The position numbers and the translations under genes are program-made. DNA of 64,000 nt from Raillietiella orientalis (Eukaryota): positions 1-64,000 of the forward strand of contig JAYWIR010000136.1 of NCBI GenBank assembly GCA_036172245.1, written 5' to 3'. Below, one piece after another: positions 25,175 to 38,275 of the stretch. The notes under the pieces are model-generated. The model did no database searches and was not told the origin of the DNA. It saw only the letters and a list, made by a program, of their open reading frames with translations. The number at the start of each line of letters is the position of its first letter. The stretch's first letter is position 1.

Positions 25175-27884
25175 TTATTACCCGGTTGCGCCGGGACGTT
25201 TATTAAAATATCAACTGAGAACTGTGTTCCCAGGCAAGGGGAACAGAAAATGGGGAGTAGATTTCCCGGAACGCAGTCCGGACACACTGAGAGTTCGGAA
25301 CGGGAGGGGGTGGGACAATAAATAAATAAACTGGGTGGGGGGGCGGGGACAGGGGTATACCGTCCAACCGTTCCTATTCTCAGAACCGGCGATGAATGCT
25401 GCCGATCTCCATCCTTACTTCTGCTCCAAGATGTGGCCACCCGGCAGCCATTTGCAGGTTGCAGGCTGCGGTGTCGGGGACCGATGTTGGGACTGCTCGC
25501 ATCTGCAATACGTGGCGGGCCCTGACAATGGCGCGGACTCAGCAGATGATTGCGACGACCGCTCCAAGAGAAAGTCCGCCACGCGTGTAGAAGCAACGCA
25601 TCCAATCCAGTGCGGTGTGTCCAGGGTGCAGGAGCGCTGAAGACAGCCGCTACCACAGCTCCTGGAAGGCACCGCACTCAAACAGCAAATGCGGAAGCGA
25701 TTCCACCGCTCCGCATTTGGCACAGTTCGGGAACGCAACTCCCCCGGAAGTCAGGTGCGCCCGCTGGTTGCAGTACAAACCCCAATGCACCAGCAGAAAA
25801 GCGTCCTGCTTCCACCGAAGGGGGAAGAGAGTCGCGTCCAAACACGCAGGAGGGACCACAAGTTCATCGGTGTCCACTCCGAGGAGCTCACTTCACCGGA
25901 GAAGCCCCTTTGCAAGAATGCGTGGTGTGGCAGCGTCTTCCACTTCGCAAGTACGCCAGCCGCCCAGCAGTCGGGATTCGCGTGCGATTTCGCAAGTGAT
26001 CTCCCACCTCGTAGGCAGGTCACTGTCATCTCGCACCATCAGTGCACACAGTGCTTCGGCGAGTGGCGTAGCGGCTAGGCGTGTCCACTGGTCCTGGTCT
26101 TGTAGCACCTCCCCCACTGGACAGTATGGGGAAAGTTTCACGCTACGGAGTTCCAAACGGGACACATCCTTTTGCGCTGCCTAGGACGATAAGGCTTCCT
26201 GCCTCCAGGCGTTGAAGTTCGTCGGCCGGCAGGAGATCCACTCATGCTATCCCAGAAGAGTGGCGAGCTGCTTCAAAGGGAAGCCGAATCCTCTCTGGGC
26301 GCGCTCCGTGCGCACATGCAACGAACGTAGTCCGTCGCCACCCGTGCTGCGCCGCAGCAGCAGCCGCGCTGGAGCACACCAGGGAGTAGTCCAGAGCTGC
26401 GCACAAAGTGCCAGCTTGCGGAACTGCACTAGCAGTCCGATCCGCTCCAGCGTCAGGATGCCCAATCCTGCATCCCGCCGAGGAGCCGCCAAGTCCTTCA
26501 GGCGTATCCTTGACCCCGCCGGTCCCCACAGGGCGTTACGCAAGAGGCGTTGCGCCCGGCGCTTAGCCGAGTAGTGAGGTGGACAAACAAAAAAGAGGGG
26601 ACGGAGGAGGGGGGCAAGGAAAATGTTCCAAACGAAGGCCCGTTCCGACAGGACAAACCTGCCGCCTTGGAACGGGCACAGAGCAGTCTCGGCCTTGTGA
26701 AGGCAGTCCGACCACGCTTCTGCTGGACAGAAGGCGCCCAAGGGAACATTGAGGTACTTCAAGCACCTGCCCGTGGGAATCCCCAGGCGGATCCAGTCGG
26801 ACTGCCCCTCCCACGTAGAGCCAACCGGTACAACGGTTGATTTCGTCCTGTTTACGCTCAGACCCGCTCCCCGACGAATGAGCTCGAAGAAGTCCTCGAG
26901 CCTGGACGCCGGGGTGGACATGGGCAGCAGCAGGAGAAGATCGTCCGCATAGGCGGCCACGGCCGGTGTTCCCGGGCAGGAGCTCGGCAGGTTGGCCAGC
27001 GTCAGCCTATACGCCCTCAGCACCAACTCAAAGAAGATGCTGAAGAGCAGGGGGCTTAAGCTGTCTCCCTGCCTGATACCCCGCCGTATGGGAACACCGT
27101 ACACGTGACGCCCGCTTAAAAAGATACAGCATAACGCGTGGCGCCAGCAGGAGCGCAAGTAGGTGATGAGGTGCGTCGGGAGGCCTAGGCGTCCCAGAAG
27201 CTCCAGAAGGAGGTCCTGGTTTACGCTGTCGAACGCTTTGCAGAGATCGACGGCGACCGCTAAGGCTCCCGGCGTTTCATCGTGCCTTGAACACCGCCAT
27301 TTTCCTCTGGTAGCGGCGATTTCGGCTGCCTGGTTCTGCTGCGCCACGCGCTGCTGCAACTCGAACCACGTTCGCGCGAAGAGATTCGCGTCCATGGACC
27401 GCCCCGGAACAGCATACGTCTGCTCCGCACTTACCAAGGACTCTGCGATTCTCCCCAGGCGCGCGACTTATAGCCTGGAGAACAACTTGACGTCCGAATT
27501 CAATAATGTGATCGGACGCCAGTTGCTGAGGTGGCGCAGATCACCGCCTTTCGGCAGGAGCCGCACCTTTGCTGAGCGGAAAGAAGCGGGAACATCTCCC
27601 GTCTCACGCATCAGCGAGTAAAGGCTTAGCACCAGGGGGACGAGCTCCGCCGCGAAGCACTGGAAGAACTCCGCGGGCAGGCCATCCTCCCGAGGCGCCT
27701 TACGCCTCTTCAGGCCCGCTAGGGCAGAACGTACATCTTCCGCCGTGAAGGGCCAATCCATTCTGGCGCGTTCCTCCTCGTCGATAGCAGAGTTGCCCGT
27801 CGGAAGAAGCAGCTCGGAGAGACTGCGTTCCGTGGGCTCCTCCGCGTACAACGAGGAGTAGTAGCGCTTGACTACGCGGTGCAC
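25175..27884 (-). mobile_element. 3' part of an F-related element (RT, zinc finger, 3' UTR)
   Basis: KAPREDG, KAFD, YADD and CAKCGAVESLPHLLFEC motifs; terminal hairpin near 25180-25205. Confidence 0.88.
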
Positions 27885-29165
27885 GGCGGACGCAATTGTT
27901 GTGCGCTCCGTGGATAAGGAGTTTTTCTTTCCTGGTGTTTCGTGTGTGTTTGGCGGCCGTTGACAGGCAGAAATGCCTGTGAACGCCACAGTTTCAGGTG
28001 AGGGAGGCGGGAAGACCGCGTCTCCCAAGCCAAAGGAGGTGGGATCACGCCCCACCACTTCTTCTGAACCCGCCACTACGGCGAGGGCCTGGAGCGCGGT
28101 GGCAGCGGCGGAAACGCCCGATGTCACCGCCGAAATCCAATCCTACATCCAGGAGGGCTACAATCCGGCCCTCCTGTACAAGGTAGGCAATTTATATTCC
28201 CCGTTAAGAGCGCGAAAGTTCGGCAATGCCATCAAAAAGATGGGCATTGCCGACCATGAAATTCTTTGCCTCTCTATACGGAGAGGAGGGCAGTTGGCGG
28301 AGCTCATCTGCAAGGTTGCAGCTCTTACCCACAAAATGCTCTGCACGCCCGTACAATTTGAGGGCAGGAATTTACTCCCACACACGGTGGACCACTCCAT
28401 TGTGGTCCACCTAACAGGGACAACAGTGCGGATGGATGAGAACGCCATCCGCGCTGAACTGGAAAAATACGCAAGCGTTTTCGCGATGTGGAGAAAGCCC
28501 AACACCTTCGGAGTGAACGGTGCATTTAGTGGGCGAGTAGGCGCGCGCGTGACGCTTCGAGAAAGCGTACAGCTTCCCCACAAGCTCCAAATTGGCGACG
28601 AGTTCGTCGACATTTGGTTTGTGGGGAAACCTAAATTTTGTGGAAACTGTAAGTCGTTCGGGCATTTGAAAAAGCGGTGCCCGGACGCGGTTTGCCCAAC
28701 GTGCGGCGCGAAGGGCCACACCAAAGTGGTGTGCCCGATGAACGTCGCTCCAACGCCGGAACTTCCGCAAAAGAAGGAAGGGAAGGCAAAAATAGTGATA
28801 AACCCCACAAAAGGGGATCAGCCGTCGGCTCCGACAAAAGTCGCGCAGCAGGAAAGGGACTCGGTACAGGAGCTCCCGGAAAAGACTGCCGACGAGGAAG
28901 GCTGGCAGCTGGTCACCCGTAAAGTAAAAATTGTTAAAACAACCGCGCCCGCACCGGCGAAAGTGGTGAAGGGCAAGGGGAAGGTAGCGCCACGCCCAAC
29001 AATCAAAGCGTGCAGCGTGGCCATCAAATGCGTGCCGGCGATCGATACTCGCTCCACTGACGGATCGATGCGACGTGACGTCACGCCAGCTGTTCAAGCC
29101 GCCGCCGCGCGAACGTCGACGCCGCAACAAAGTTGCGAGCCTAGCGTGAGCAGCGACGACCGGGT
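27885..29165 (+). mobile_element. 5' part of an element (subfamily J)
   Basis: 5' UTR, GCAGAAATG start context, ORF1; truncated at a rearrangement junction. Confidence 0.85.
27973..29165 (+). pseudogene. ORF1, open frame but 3'-truncated
   Basis: MPVNATV start; CGNCKSFGHLKKRC and CPTCGAKGHTKVVC knuckles; homology ends after VSSDDR. Confidence 0.85.
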
Positions 29166-29307
29166 CATCGTAGCAGTAGCGACAAAGCGTTGCTCAGGAT
29201 GGTCAAGGGAGCCTCGCGCTCCCCTCTGACCAAGAACATTATGCAGAAGAAAGGATGGACTCGTAGGGAGCCTTTGCCGTCGCGGTCAATTTGCACAAAG
29301 CATTCGA
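29166..29307 (+). pseudogene. Small RT fragment (subfamily H-like)
   Basis: Matches about 42280-42423 (AQDGQGSLAPPSDQE...LHKAFD). Confidence 0.8.
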
Positions 29308-29988
29308 TTTTCACCCGGATTTCGCCGGGGCGTTTATTGTAAAATAAACTTTTACAAAGACGTGTGGTGGCTGGACCATTGCTCCAGCCACGCACGAAGA
29401 AACACAGAGCCTGCCAGGTCACCGGTTCGCAGACCGGTACGGTCCACCACGGCAGCAGGGGGAAGGGGGAAAAACAAAAAACAAAACAAAAAAGAAAAGA
29501 AAAGTTGGGAGGGTAAGGGAAGGGATCACAGTTGCTGGTGGTGCCGTTGCATCCTTTGCAGGATGCCGACAAGCACTTTCTGTATTACTGAATCCAGGTG
29601 GGGCCATCGGGACCCCCTCCTCAGGAACTATGAGGCTGGATGGAAGGCACCCTGGTCGCGTTGTCCTCCCGTAGCCATGCTCCAAGCGGTGACGATCCTG
29701 CGTAGGCAGCACAAAGCTGCTAACGATGCCGCGGGCCGAAGGGCGTCGGCAACGAAGAGGGCTTTCAGTGCGTCCCTGGGGTTGCCGCAGGGGATTCCGA
29801 TGGCCGCGGCAAAGCGAAACAAAAGGGCCGAAGGGCAACACAATCCACTAGCAGGTGGAAGAGCGACTTACGTTCCCCACACCAGACGCAATTGGGGTCC
29901 ACCGCTCCCCAGGTCCAGTGGCGTCGGCGGGCGTTGCAGGGGAGTCCCCAGTTCTGCAACAGGAGAGCCGACTTCTGTTATTTTAAGG
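29308..29988 (-). mobile_element. 3'-end fragment (subfamily K, related to E)
   Basis: WGLPCNARR and CVWCGE zinc finger; 3' UTR; terminal hairpin near 29312-29338. Confidence 0.85.
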
Positions 29989-30095
29989 GAACGACGAGGA
30001 AGGTTGGCAAAAGGTAGAAAGGAAGAAGCCCCAGAAGAAGGAGGCAAAAAAGATAAACAAGTCGGCGCCGAAAAAGCAGAAACCGGTCGTCCGCG
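29989..30095 (+). pseudogene. ORF1 internal fragment (G-like)
   Basis: EGWQKVERKK...KPVVR, homologous to about 41225-41331. Confidence 0.75.
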
Positions 30096-30349
30096 TTTTC
30101 ACCCGGATATGCCGGGGCATTTATTCAAAAGAATAAAATCACAATGGATTGTCGCGTGGTGAACCCAAAGGTCCACCACTACAAAACAGCTTGGTATTTA
30201 CGGGCGCTATGCCGTAGAGGTCCATCCGATCCGCGGGGGTTGGGAAAGAACAAAACAAAAAACAAACAAATAGTTTAAGTATGGGAGGGAGCAAATGTTT
30301 CGGGAATGGGAGGGCAGGGAGGGGATCACCGTGCGGGCGGATAGGTCCT

Positions 30350-33300
30350 CTAGATCCTATTTAGGATCCGTACAAGCTGAGTCCTCTCTGCGCCCAAGTG
30401 GCGCCACTTGCAGACGTCTCGGACGAATAGGCGGGTGAACCGTAAGGCGTTGCCAGTTGGCTGACGTCTTCTTCTGGTGGCGTTCCAAGCCGCCACGATC
30501 CCTCGAATGCAGCAGAGGACTGCTACAGAAGAGGGGGGGGACAAGGCGTCACTACAGAAGAGGAGCCTAAAAACGTCCTTAGGGCCGCATCCGCGCAAGA
30601 CCAGGATCGCCGTAAGGCGATCCCATAAAAAGCGGATGGCACTGCACTCGATGAGGAGGTGGGGGAAGGTCTCTTTTTCCCCGCACCGGTCACAATAAGG
30701 ATCCACAATTCCCCGGGTTGTGTGATGAAGGCGTGCTTTGAATGGAAGTCCCCAGAGGACCACAAGCAACGCCAGATCCTGCCATTTCAGGGGGAGGGAT
30801 CCACTGTTTCAGGACGCCGGGGGCCACTTCATCTCCTCCGGAGATAGTCCGAGTAGCTCGCCCCAGCGTCGAATTCCGTTAGGCGGGACTCTCGGTGTCG
30901 CAGCGTCCGCTAGCTGCCGAGATGTCCACGCCATAATCGTTTGTGTCCTGCCTCCAATAGTGCAGGACACGTTCCATTTCCCAAGCTCCCTACTGTCCCT
31001 GGCGTCGATGAGGAAGGGCAGCACTGGGGCAAGGGGGTAATCAAAGCCCACATGCGCTTTTCGTGGGACTGCACGATCTCCTGCAGTTTCCAGCGGGCGT
31101 GCCTTTGCAGGCAAGTGTTTCTTGTGCCCGCCGAAACGTGGATCTTTACCCAGGTGGACACTGACTCGTGCAGCCATGCAGAGTAGTTCCCTGGGCGGCA
31201 GGAGATCCAGGCGTTCTCCCGTACCGCAACTTCCATGCGACGCAGGATTAAGCAGCCGTGTGCTTCTCTGCGGTCGCGTGCCAGCAGAAACGACAAAAGT
31301 CCGTCGAATCCGCAGGCTCGTTGGGCCAGGAGGCGTGCTGGAACGCACCAAGGCGTGTCCCACAATTCCGCCGCAAGGGCGAGAGTCCTGAACCGGAGTT
31401 GTAGTTCAATGCGCTCCAGCGTAAGAACGCCAAGTCCTCCGTCCTTACGTGGAGCGCACAAGTCTTTGAGCCTCACACGGGACCTCCCTTTGCCCCAAAG
31501 GACTGTCCTCAGGAGGCCCGCTGCTCGTTTACGGATGAAGTAAGGGGCGGGGCACACAAAAAGTAGGGGGCGAAGAAGGGGGGCCGCAAACGCGTTCCAC
31601 ACCGCGGCCCGTTCCTGCAAGTAAAGCTTGCTTTCTTGGAACGGACCGGTCGCCAACGCTGCCTTTTGGAGACGGTCGGACCAGGCTTCTGCTGCGCAGA
31701 ATTCCCCCATCGGAACGCCTAGTTACTTGAAGCACCTGTCCGTGGGGATCCCCAAGCGGATCCAATCCGACCGTCCAGCCCACGCCGAACCGACGAAGAC
31801 CATGGACGACTTCGCCCTGTTCACCTCCAGGCCCGTCCCGCGGCGCAACACGAAGAAATCCTCGAGCGCACTCGCCGGAGTGGACCGGGAAGCAGCAGCA
31901 GAAGATCGTCTGCATGGGCCGACACGGCAGGCGTGCCGGCACGAGCTCGGCAGGGCTGCCAGAGTTACCCTGTATGCCTAAGCACCAACTCCAGTAGATG
32001 CTGAAGAGCAAGGGGGCTCAGGCTGTCACCCTGCCGTATGCCGCGGCGCACTGGCACGCGGTACACGTGCCGGCCGCTGAAACAAACGTATTCATTGACG
32101 CGTTGCGCCAGCGGGAGCGCAGGTAGGACTGGAGCACGGCCGGGAAACCCATGCGTTCCAGGAGCTCCAGAAGGAGATCTGGTCGACGCAATCGAATGCT
32201 GTGCAAAATCGACGCGACGGCAAAGGCTCCCGCCGAGTCCATCCCACCCTCGGCCCGATCTTCTTGGTCAGAGGGGGGCGCGAGGCTCCCTTGACCGTCC
32301 TGTGCAACGCGTTGTCGCAACTGCCACCATGAGCTGGCGAGGAGCAGGTTGGCCTCCATGGTTCGTCCGGGAACAGCAGAGGTCTGCTCGGGACTCACCA
32401 CGGAAGCGGCCACCCGCCCCAAACGCTCAGCCCACACCTGGGCATACAACTTTGCGTCCGCATTCACTACTGTGATGGGACGCCAGTTGCCAATGTTGCG
32501 TAAGTCTCCTGACTTCGGCAGGAGACGTACTTTAGCTGACCGGAACGAGGCGGGAACTTCGCCGTGTTCGCGGATCAGAGCACTTAACCTGAGCACCAGG
32601 GGGGCCAGCTCTGGCGCGAAGCGATGGTAAAACTCCGCGGGCAGGCCGTCCTCCCCTGGTGCCTTCCTTCTCTTGAGCCTGTTGATGGCGGAGATGATCT
32701 CCGCCATCGTGAACGGTTCCGCCAATCAGGAACGGTCCTCCTCCTTGAGCGCGGGAGCGCCATCCGGCAGCAGGCGCTGCGCGAAATGGCGCTCAGGTGT
32801 CAGTGGCGCGTACAAGGAGGAATAAACCTCCCGCACGATGCGGCTTACCTGGGCTGGGCTGGAGAGTTCTTGGCCCTGATGATCCAGCAGGCAGGCCGAG
32901 CCTGACTGCCAGGCCTGCCTCTCCGCCTCAGCCTTGAATTCAGCCAGGCGACGGACGTCGGGACGCCGGGAATAACGGCGCGCCTGTAGGTACGCCCGCT
33001 CGTTCCGGACACCCTCACCGAAGCCCGGCGGAAGACGTTCCAGGGGAAACTGGTCGCAAAACTCACGGACTGAGCACTTCATTTCGTCCCAGTCCGCAAG
33101 CGTGTGAAGCTGGAATCCTCGCAGGAAACAGCGTAGATGTTCCGCCGCTCCTGCGAGGCGCAACCAATCCCCTGGCAGGCGCCATGTTTTCAGGGGAGGG
33201 CCCTTATTGCGAGGATGTAACTCGAGCACGAGCCGTGGATGGTCGGACAGCTCTGCCGGGAGCGTTCCTCGAGTTCCCACCCGCGTGCACAGGTGGTTGT

Positions 33301-33898
33301 CGAGGAACATGTGGTCGATGTTCCGATCTCTCCCGGCATCGCCGGCCAACAAGTTGCGCGCATGCATGGCTTCGCACAACTCGTTGACCAGCTGTGCTCG
33401 TCCGCTGGGCGCACCTGCCAGCAGGCGGAGATTGAAATCGCCCGCAATGAGGTGCGCCCTTCGCACGCCTGCTTCGGCCAACCAGTCTCGCCGCAAGGTT
33501 TCGAAGAACGCAGTGCGTTCCTCGGCCCTGTGGCTGCTCACCGGAGCGTACAGGTTCGTGACTACGAGGTCGATCGAGTCGGACCACTTGAACACAAGCT
33601 GCCCAACTCGACCATCCCCGTCGAACCGTGCACTGCGCAGTGAGTTGTCGACGGTTGGCTTTAGCAGAAAGGCCACTCCGCAGAAGTTGTCCGTTCCGTT
33701 CCTCCACAGTAGCCGCCCTCCCGCGATTCTTTCGATTTCCTGGACATCTCCCGGTCGGAGAACGTGCGTCTCTTGCAGGAGCACCAGGTCGAAGTCTCGC
33801 AGTATGGCGGCTACATCTCGCCTCTTTCCGTCGTCGCGCAACCCGTTGACATTCCAACAGGTGATGCGCAAGCGGCGGCAGGAGGCGAGCCCACGCAG
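30350..33898 (-). pseudogene. ORF2 (APE-RT-zinc finger), frameshifted
   Basis: CWNVNG, GDFN, SDH, KAPGEDG and CDRCGEKETFPH motifs; indels clustered at about 31700-32250. Confidence 0.9.
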
Positions 33899-34710
33899 TG
33901 GTGTATTTATGGTGGGGTGGAGGCGGCCTCCTCCCTTTCGGGAGGCGGCTCGTTGGCGGCCGTGACGACGGTCGGCTGCTCACCCGGGAGCACGTCGACA
34001 GCAGCGACCTCCATTGCGCTGGCTTCCGAGACACGGATCGGAGAAGGCTCGCGTGACGCGACGCACATTGCCTCCTCCTCCGTGCCCGATGACATGGGCT
34101 CCTCCACTTGGGAGGAGGCGACACGTCTCGGGCATCCGGCCTTCTTGCCAGCTTTCCTCTTCGGCACGGCTGCGGAAGTAGAGCAACCGGCTTCAGCGTC
34201 GGACCCGGAAGATTCCGGGCCCTTCGCCGTCGCCGGTCGTCTCAAGGCCTTCTTTTCGACCTTGGCAGGCCGCCTGAACATGGCTGCCAGCTCTTCCGCG
34301 GCCTGCTCGAAGGTCGCGTCTTCGATTCGCGCCACCTCCTCGCTTTCCGCACCGACACACGGCGCAGGCGCAATGGAAGCGGCTTCATCGATCGGCGCGC
34401 AGACGTCCTTCGCTGGCAATGCCGGAGCGGCATTGTCGCCAGCTGATGGTGACGTCACTGCGTTTTTACCCGGATATGCCGGGGCATTTATTTAAAAAAA
34501 TAAAAATACATGTAATTTTCGGGTGAAGAACCTGATGGTTCAGCACAAAGCAGCCTGCTTCTTGCCGGTTCTAAACCGGCGAGGTCCTTTGAACGCGCGG
34601 GAACGGGAAGAAAGAAACAAAACAAACAAAAAAATGTAAAAGTTGGAGGGAGTACTTATGTTTGGGAAGGGAGGGCGGGAAGGGAATCACATTGCACGCT
34701 TAAAGGTCCT

Positions 34711-37700
34711 CTAGATCCTGTTCAGGATCTTCACAAGCTGCGTCCGTTGTGCACCCAGGTGTCTCCACCTGCAAATGTTTCTCACAAAAAGGCGAGTCCA
34801 GTGTACCGCATTGCCGCAAGCTTGGCGCCTTCTTCTTGTCGCGTTCCAAGCCGACACGATCCCTCTAATGCAGCAAAGAACTGCCACAGAAGCGGGAGGG
34901 GACAAGGCATCACGCAAGAAGAGTCGCCTAAAAACATCTTTAGGGCCGCCTCCGCGAATGTCCAGGATTGCTGCAAGACGATCCCAGAGAGGGCGGAGAG
35001 CAATGCACTCAATAAGGAGGTGGGGGAATGTCTCTTTCTCCCCGCACCGGTCGCACTGGGAATCCACAGCCCCCCGAGTGGAGTGAGAGAGGCGTGCCTT
35101 GAAGGGTAAACCCCAATGTATCACAAGCAGCGCCACCTCCTGCCATTTCAGGGGGAGAGAGTCACTATTCCAAGACGCTGGGGGCCACTTCATCTCCTCC
35201 GGAGATAGTCCGAGTAGCTCTCCCCAGCGTCGGATTCCGTTGGGCGGGACACTCGGCGTCGCAGCGTCCGCTAGCTGCCGAGATGTCCACGCCTTAATCT
35301 TTTGTGTCCTACTTTTGATGGTGCAGGATACGGTCCATTTCCCCTGCTCCCTGTTGTCTCTAGCGTTTTGTAGGAAGGGCAGCACAGGAGAAAGCGGGGT
35401 TATCAGGGCCCACAGAAGCTGATCGTGGAACTGCACGATCTCCTGTAGCGTCCAGCGGGCGTGCCTTTTTAGGCAAGTGTTTTTTGTGCCCGCCGGAACG
35501 TGAAGCTTTTCCCAAGTGGAGACTGTCTCGTGCAACCATGCCGAGTAGTTCCCTAGGACGCAGGAGATCCAGGTGTTCTTCCGAACCACAACGGCCATGC
35601 GCCGCAGATGAAAGCCGGAGTGTGCTTGTCTGCGGTCGCGCGCCCAGAGAAACGAAGAAAGTCCGCTATATCCTGAGGCTCGCTGGGCCAGAAGTCGTGC
35701 TGGACCGCACCAAGGCGTGTCTTACAATTCCACCGCAAGGACGAGAGTCCTAAACTGAAATTGTACTTCCATGCGCTCCAGCGTAAGTAGGCCAAGTCCA
35801 CCGTCTTTACGTGGAGCGCACAAGTCTTTAAGACGCACACGGGACCTCCCTTTGCCCCAAAGGACTGTCCGTAGGAGGCCCGCTGCTCTTTTCCTGACGA
35901 AATAAGAAGCGGGGCACACAAAAAGTAAAGGGCGTAGAAGGGGGGCCGCAAACGCGTTCCACACTGCGGCCCGTTCCTGCAAGTAAAACTTGCCTTCGTG
36001 AAACGCACCGATCGCCAACGATGCCTTTTGTAGACGGTCGGACCAGGCTTTTGTCACGCAGAATTCCTTCAACGGAACACCAAGGTACTTAAAGCACCTG
36101 CCCGTGGGGATCCCCAAGCGGATCCAGTCCGACCGTCCAGCCCACGCCGAGCCGGTACAAGTTATGGACGACTTCGCCCTGTTCACCTCCAGGCCCGTCC
36201 CGCGGCGCAGCAACTCGAAGAAGTCCACGAGTGCACTCGCCGGGGTGGACCCGGGAAGCAGCAGCAGAAGATCGTCTGCATAGGCCGACACAGCAGGCGT
36301 GCCGGGACACGAGCTCGGCAGGGTTGCCAGAGTTACCCTGTATGCCCTCAGCACCAACTCAAAGTAGATGCTGAAGAGCAAGGGGCTCAGGCTGTCACCC
36401 TGCCGGATGCCGCGGCGCACTGGCACGCCATACACGTGCCGGCCGCTGAAAACAATGTTAATCAACGCGTTGCGTTAGCAGGAGCGCAGGTAGGACTGGA
36501 GCACGGACGGGAATCCCATTCGTTCCAGGAGCTCCAGAAGGAGATCCTGGTCGACGCAGTCGAATGCTTTGCGCAAGTCGACAGCGACGGCGAAGGCTCC
36601 CGCCGATTCCGCCCCACCCTCTACCGGGTCTTTCTGGTCAGAGGGGTGCTCAAGGCTCCCTTGACCGTCCTGTGCAAAGCGCTGTTGCAACTGCCACCAT
36701 GTGCTGGCGAGGAGCAGGTTGGCTTCCATGGTTCGCCCGGGAACAGCGTATGTTTGCTCCGGGCTCATCACGGAATCCGCCACCGGTCCTGAACGCTCAG
36801 CCCACAATTTGGCATACAACTTTGCGTCCGCATTCACCACTGTGATGGGACGCCAGTTGCTAATGTTGCGTAGGTCTCCTGACTTCGGCAGGAGACGTAC
36901 TTTTGCTGATCGGAACGAGGCGGGAACATCGCCGTGTTCGCGGATCAGCGTACTTAGCTTGAGCACCAGGGGAGCAAGCTCTGTCGCGAAGTGTTTGTAA
37001 AACTCCGCGGGCAGGCCGTCCTCCCCTGGTGCCTTTCTTGTCTTTAATTTACTGATGGCGGAGACAATCTCTGCCACCGTAATTGGTTCCGACAACCTGG
37101 AACAAACTTCCTCCCCGATCGCGGGAGCCCCATCCGGCAGCAACTGCTGCGCGAATTGGCACTCGGGTGTTAATGGCGCGTATAAGGAGGAATGAAACTC
37201 CCGCACGATGCGGCTTACCTGAGCTGGCCTGGAGCGTTCTTGGCCCTGATGGTCCAGCAAGCAGGCCGAGCCTGACTGCCAGGCCTGCCTCTCCGCCTCA
37301 GCTTTGAATTCCGCCAGGCGACGAACGTCGGGTCGTCTGGAATACCGGCGGGCCTGAAGGTAGGCTCGCTCGTTGCTGACACCTTCTCCGAAGCCCAAAG
37401 GAAGACGCTCCAGGGGAAACTGTTCGCAAAACTCGCGGACTGAGTACTTCATTTCGTCCCAGTCCGCGAGCGTCTGAAGATGTAATTCTCGCAGGAAGGC
37501 GCGCAGATGTTCCGCCGCTCCTGCGAGGCGCAACCAGTCCCCTGGCAGGCGCCACGTTTTCAGGGGAGGACCCTTGTCGCGCGGATGTAGGTCGAGCACG
37601 AGCCGTGGATGGTCGGACAGCTCTGCCGGGAGCGTTCCACGAGTTCCCACCCGCGTGCACAGGTGGTTGTCGAGAAACATGTGATCGATGTTCCGATCTC

Positions 37701-38267
37701 TCCCGGTATCACCGGCCAACAAGTTGCGCGCATTCATTGCTGCGCACAACTCGTTGACCAGCTGTGCTCGTCTGTTGGGTGCACCTGCTAGCAGGCGGAG
37801 ATTCAAATCGCCCGCAATGAGGTGCGCCTTCCGTACGCCTTCTTCAGCCAGCCAGTCTCGCCGCAGGGATTCGAGGAACGCAGTGCGTTCCTCGGCCCCG
37901 TGGTTGCTCACTGGCGCGTATATGTTCGCCACAACGAGGTCGATCGATTCGGACCACTTGAGAACAAGTTGTCCAACTCGACCGTCCCCGTCGAAGCGAA
38001 CGCTACGCAGAGAGTTTTCGACTGCCGGCTTCAGCAGAAAGCCACTCCGCAGGAGTAGTCTGTTCCGTTCGTCCACAGTAGCCGCCCTCCTGTGATTCTT
38101 TCGAAATCCTGGCCTGCTTCTGTTGTGAGCACGTGAGTCTCTTGCAGTAGGGCCAGGTCGAAGTCTCGCAGAATGGCGGCTACGTCTCGCCTCTTCCCGT
38201 CGCTGCTCAACCCGTTGACAGTCCAACAGGTTATTCGCAAGCGGCTAGAGGAGGCGAGTCCACGCAA
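34711..38267 (-). pseudogene. ORF2 of element I, disrupted
   Basis: All APE, RT and zinc-finger motifs recognisable; frameshift near 38040; stops at about 36475 and 35722. Confidence 0.9.
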
Positions 38268-38275
38268 TGGTGTTG

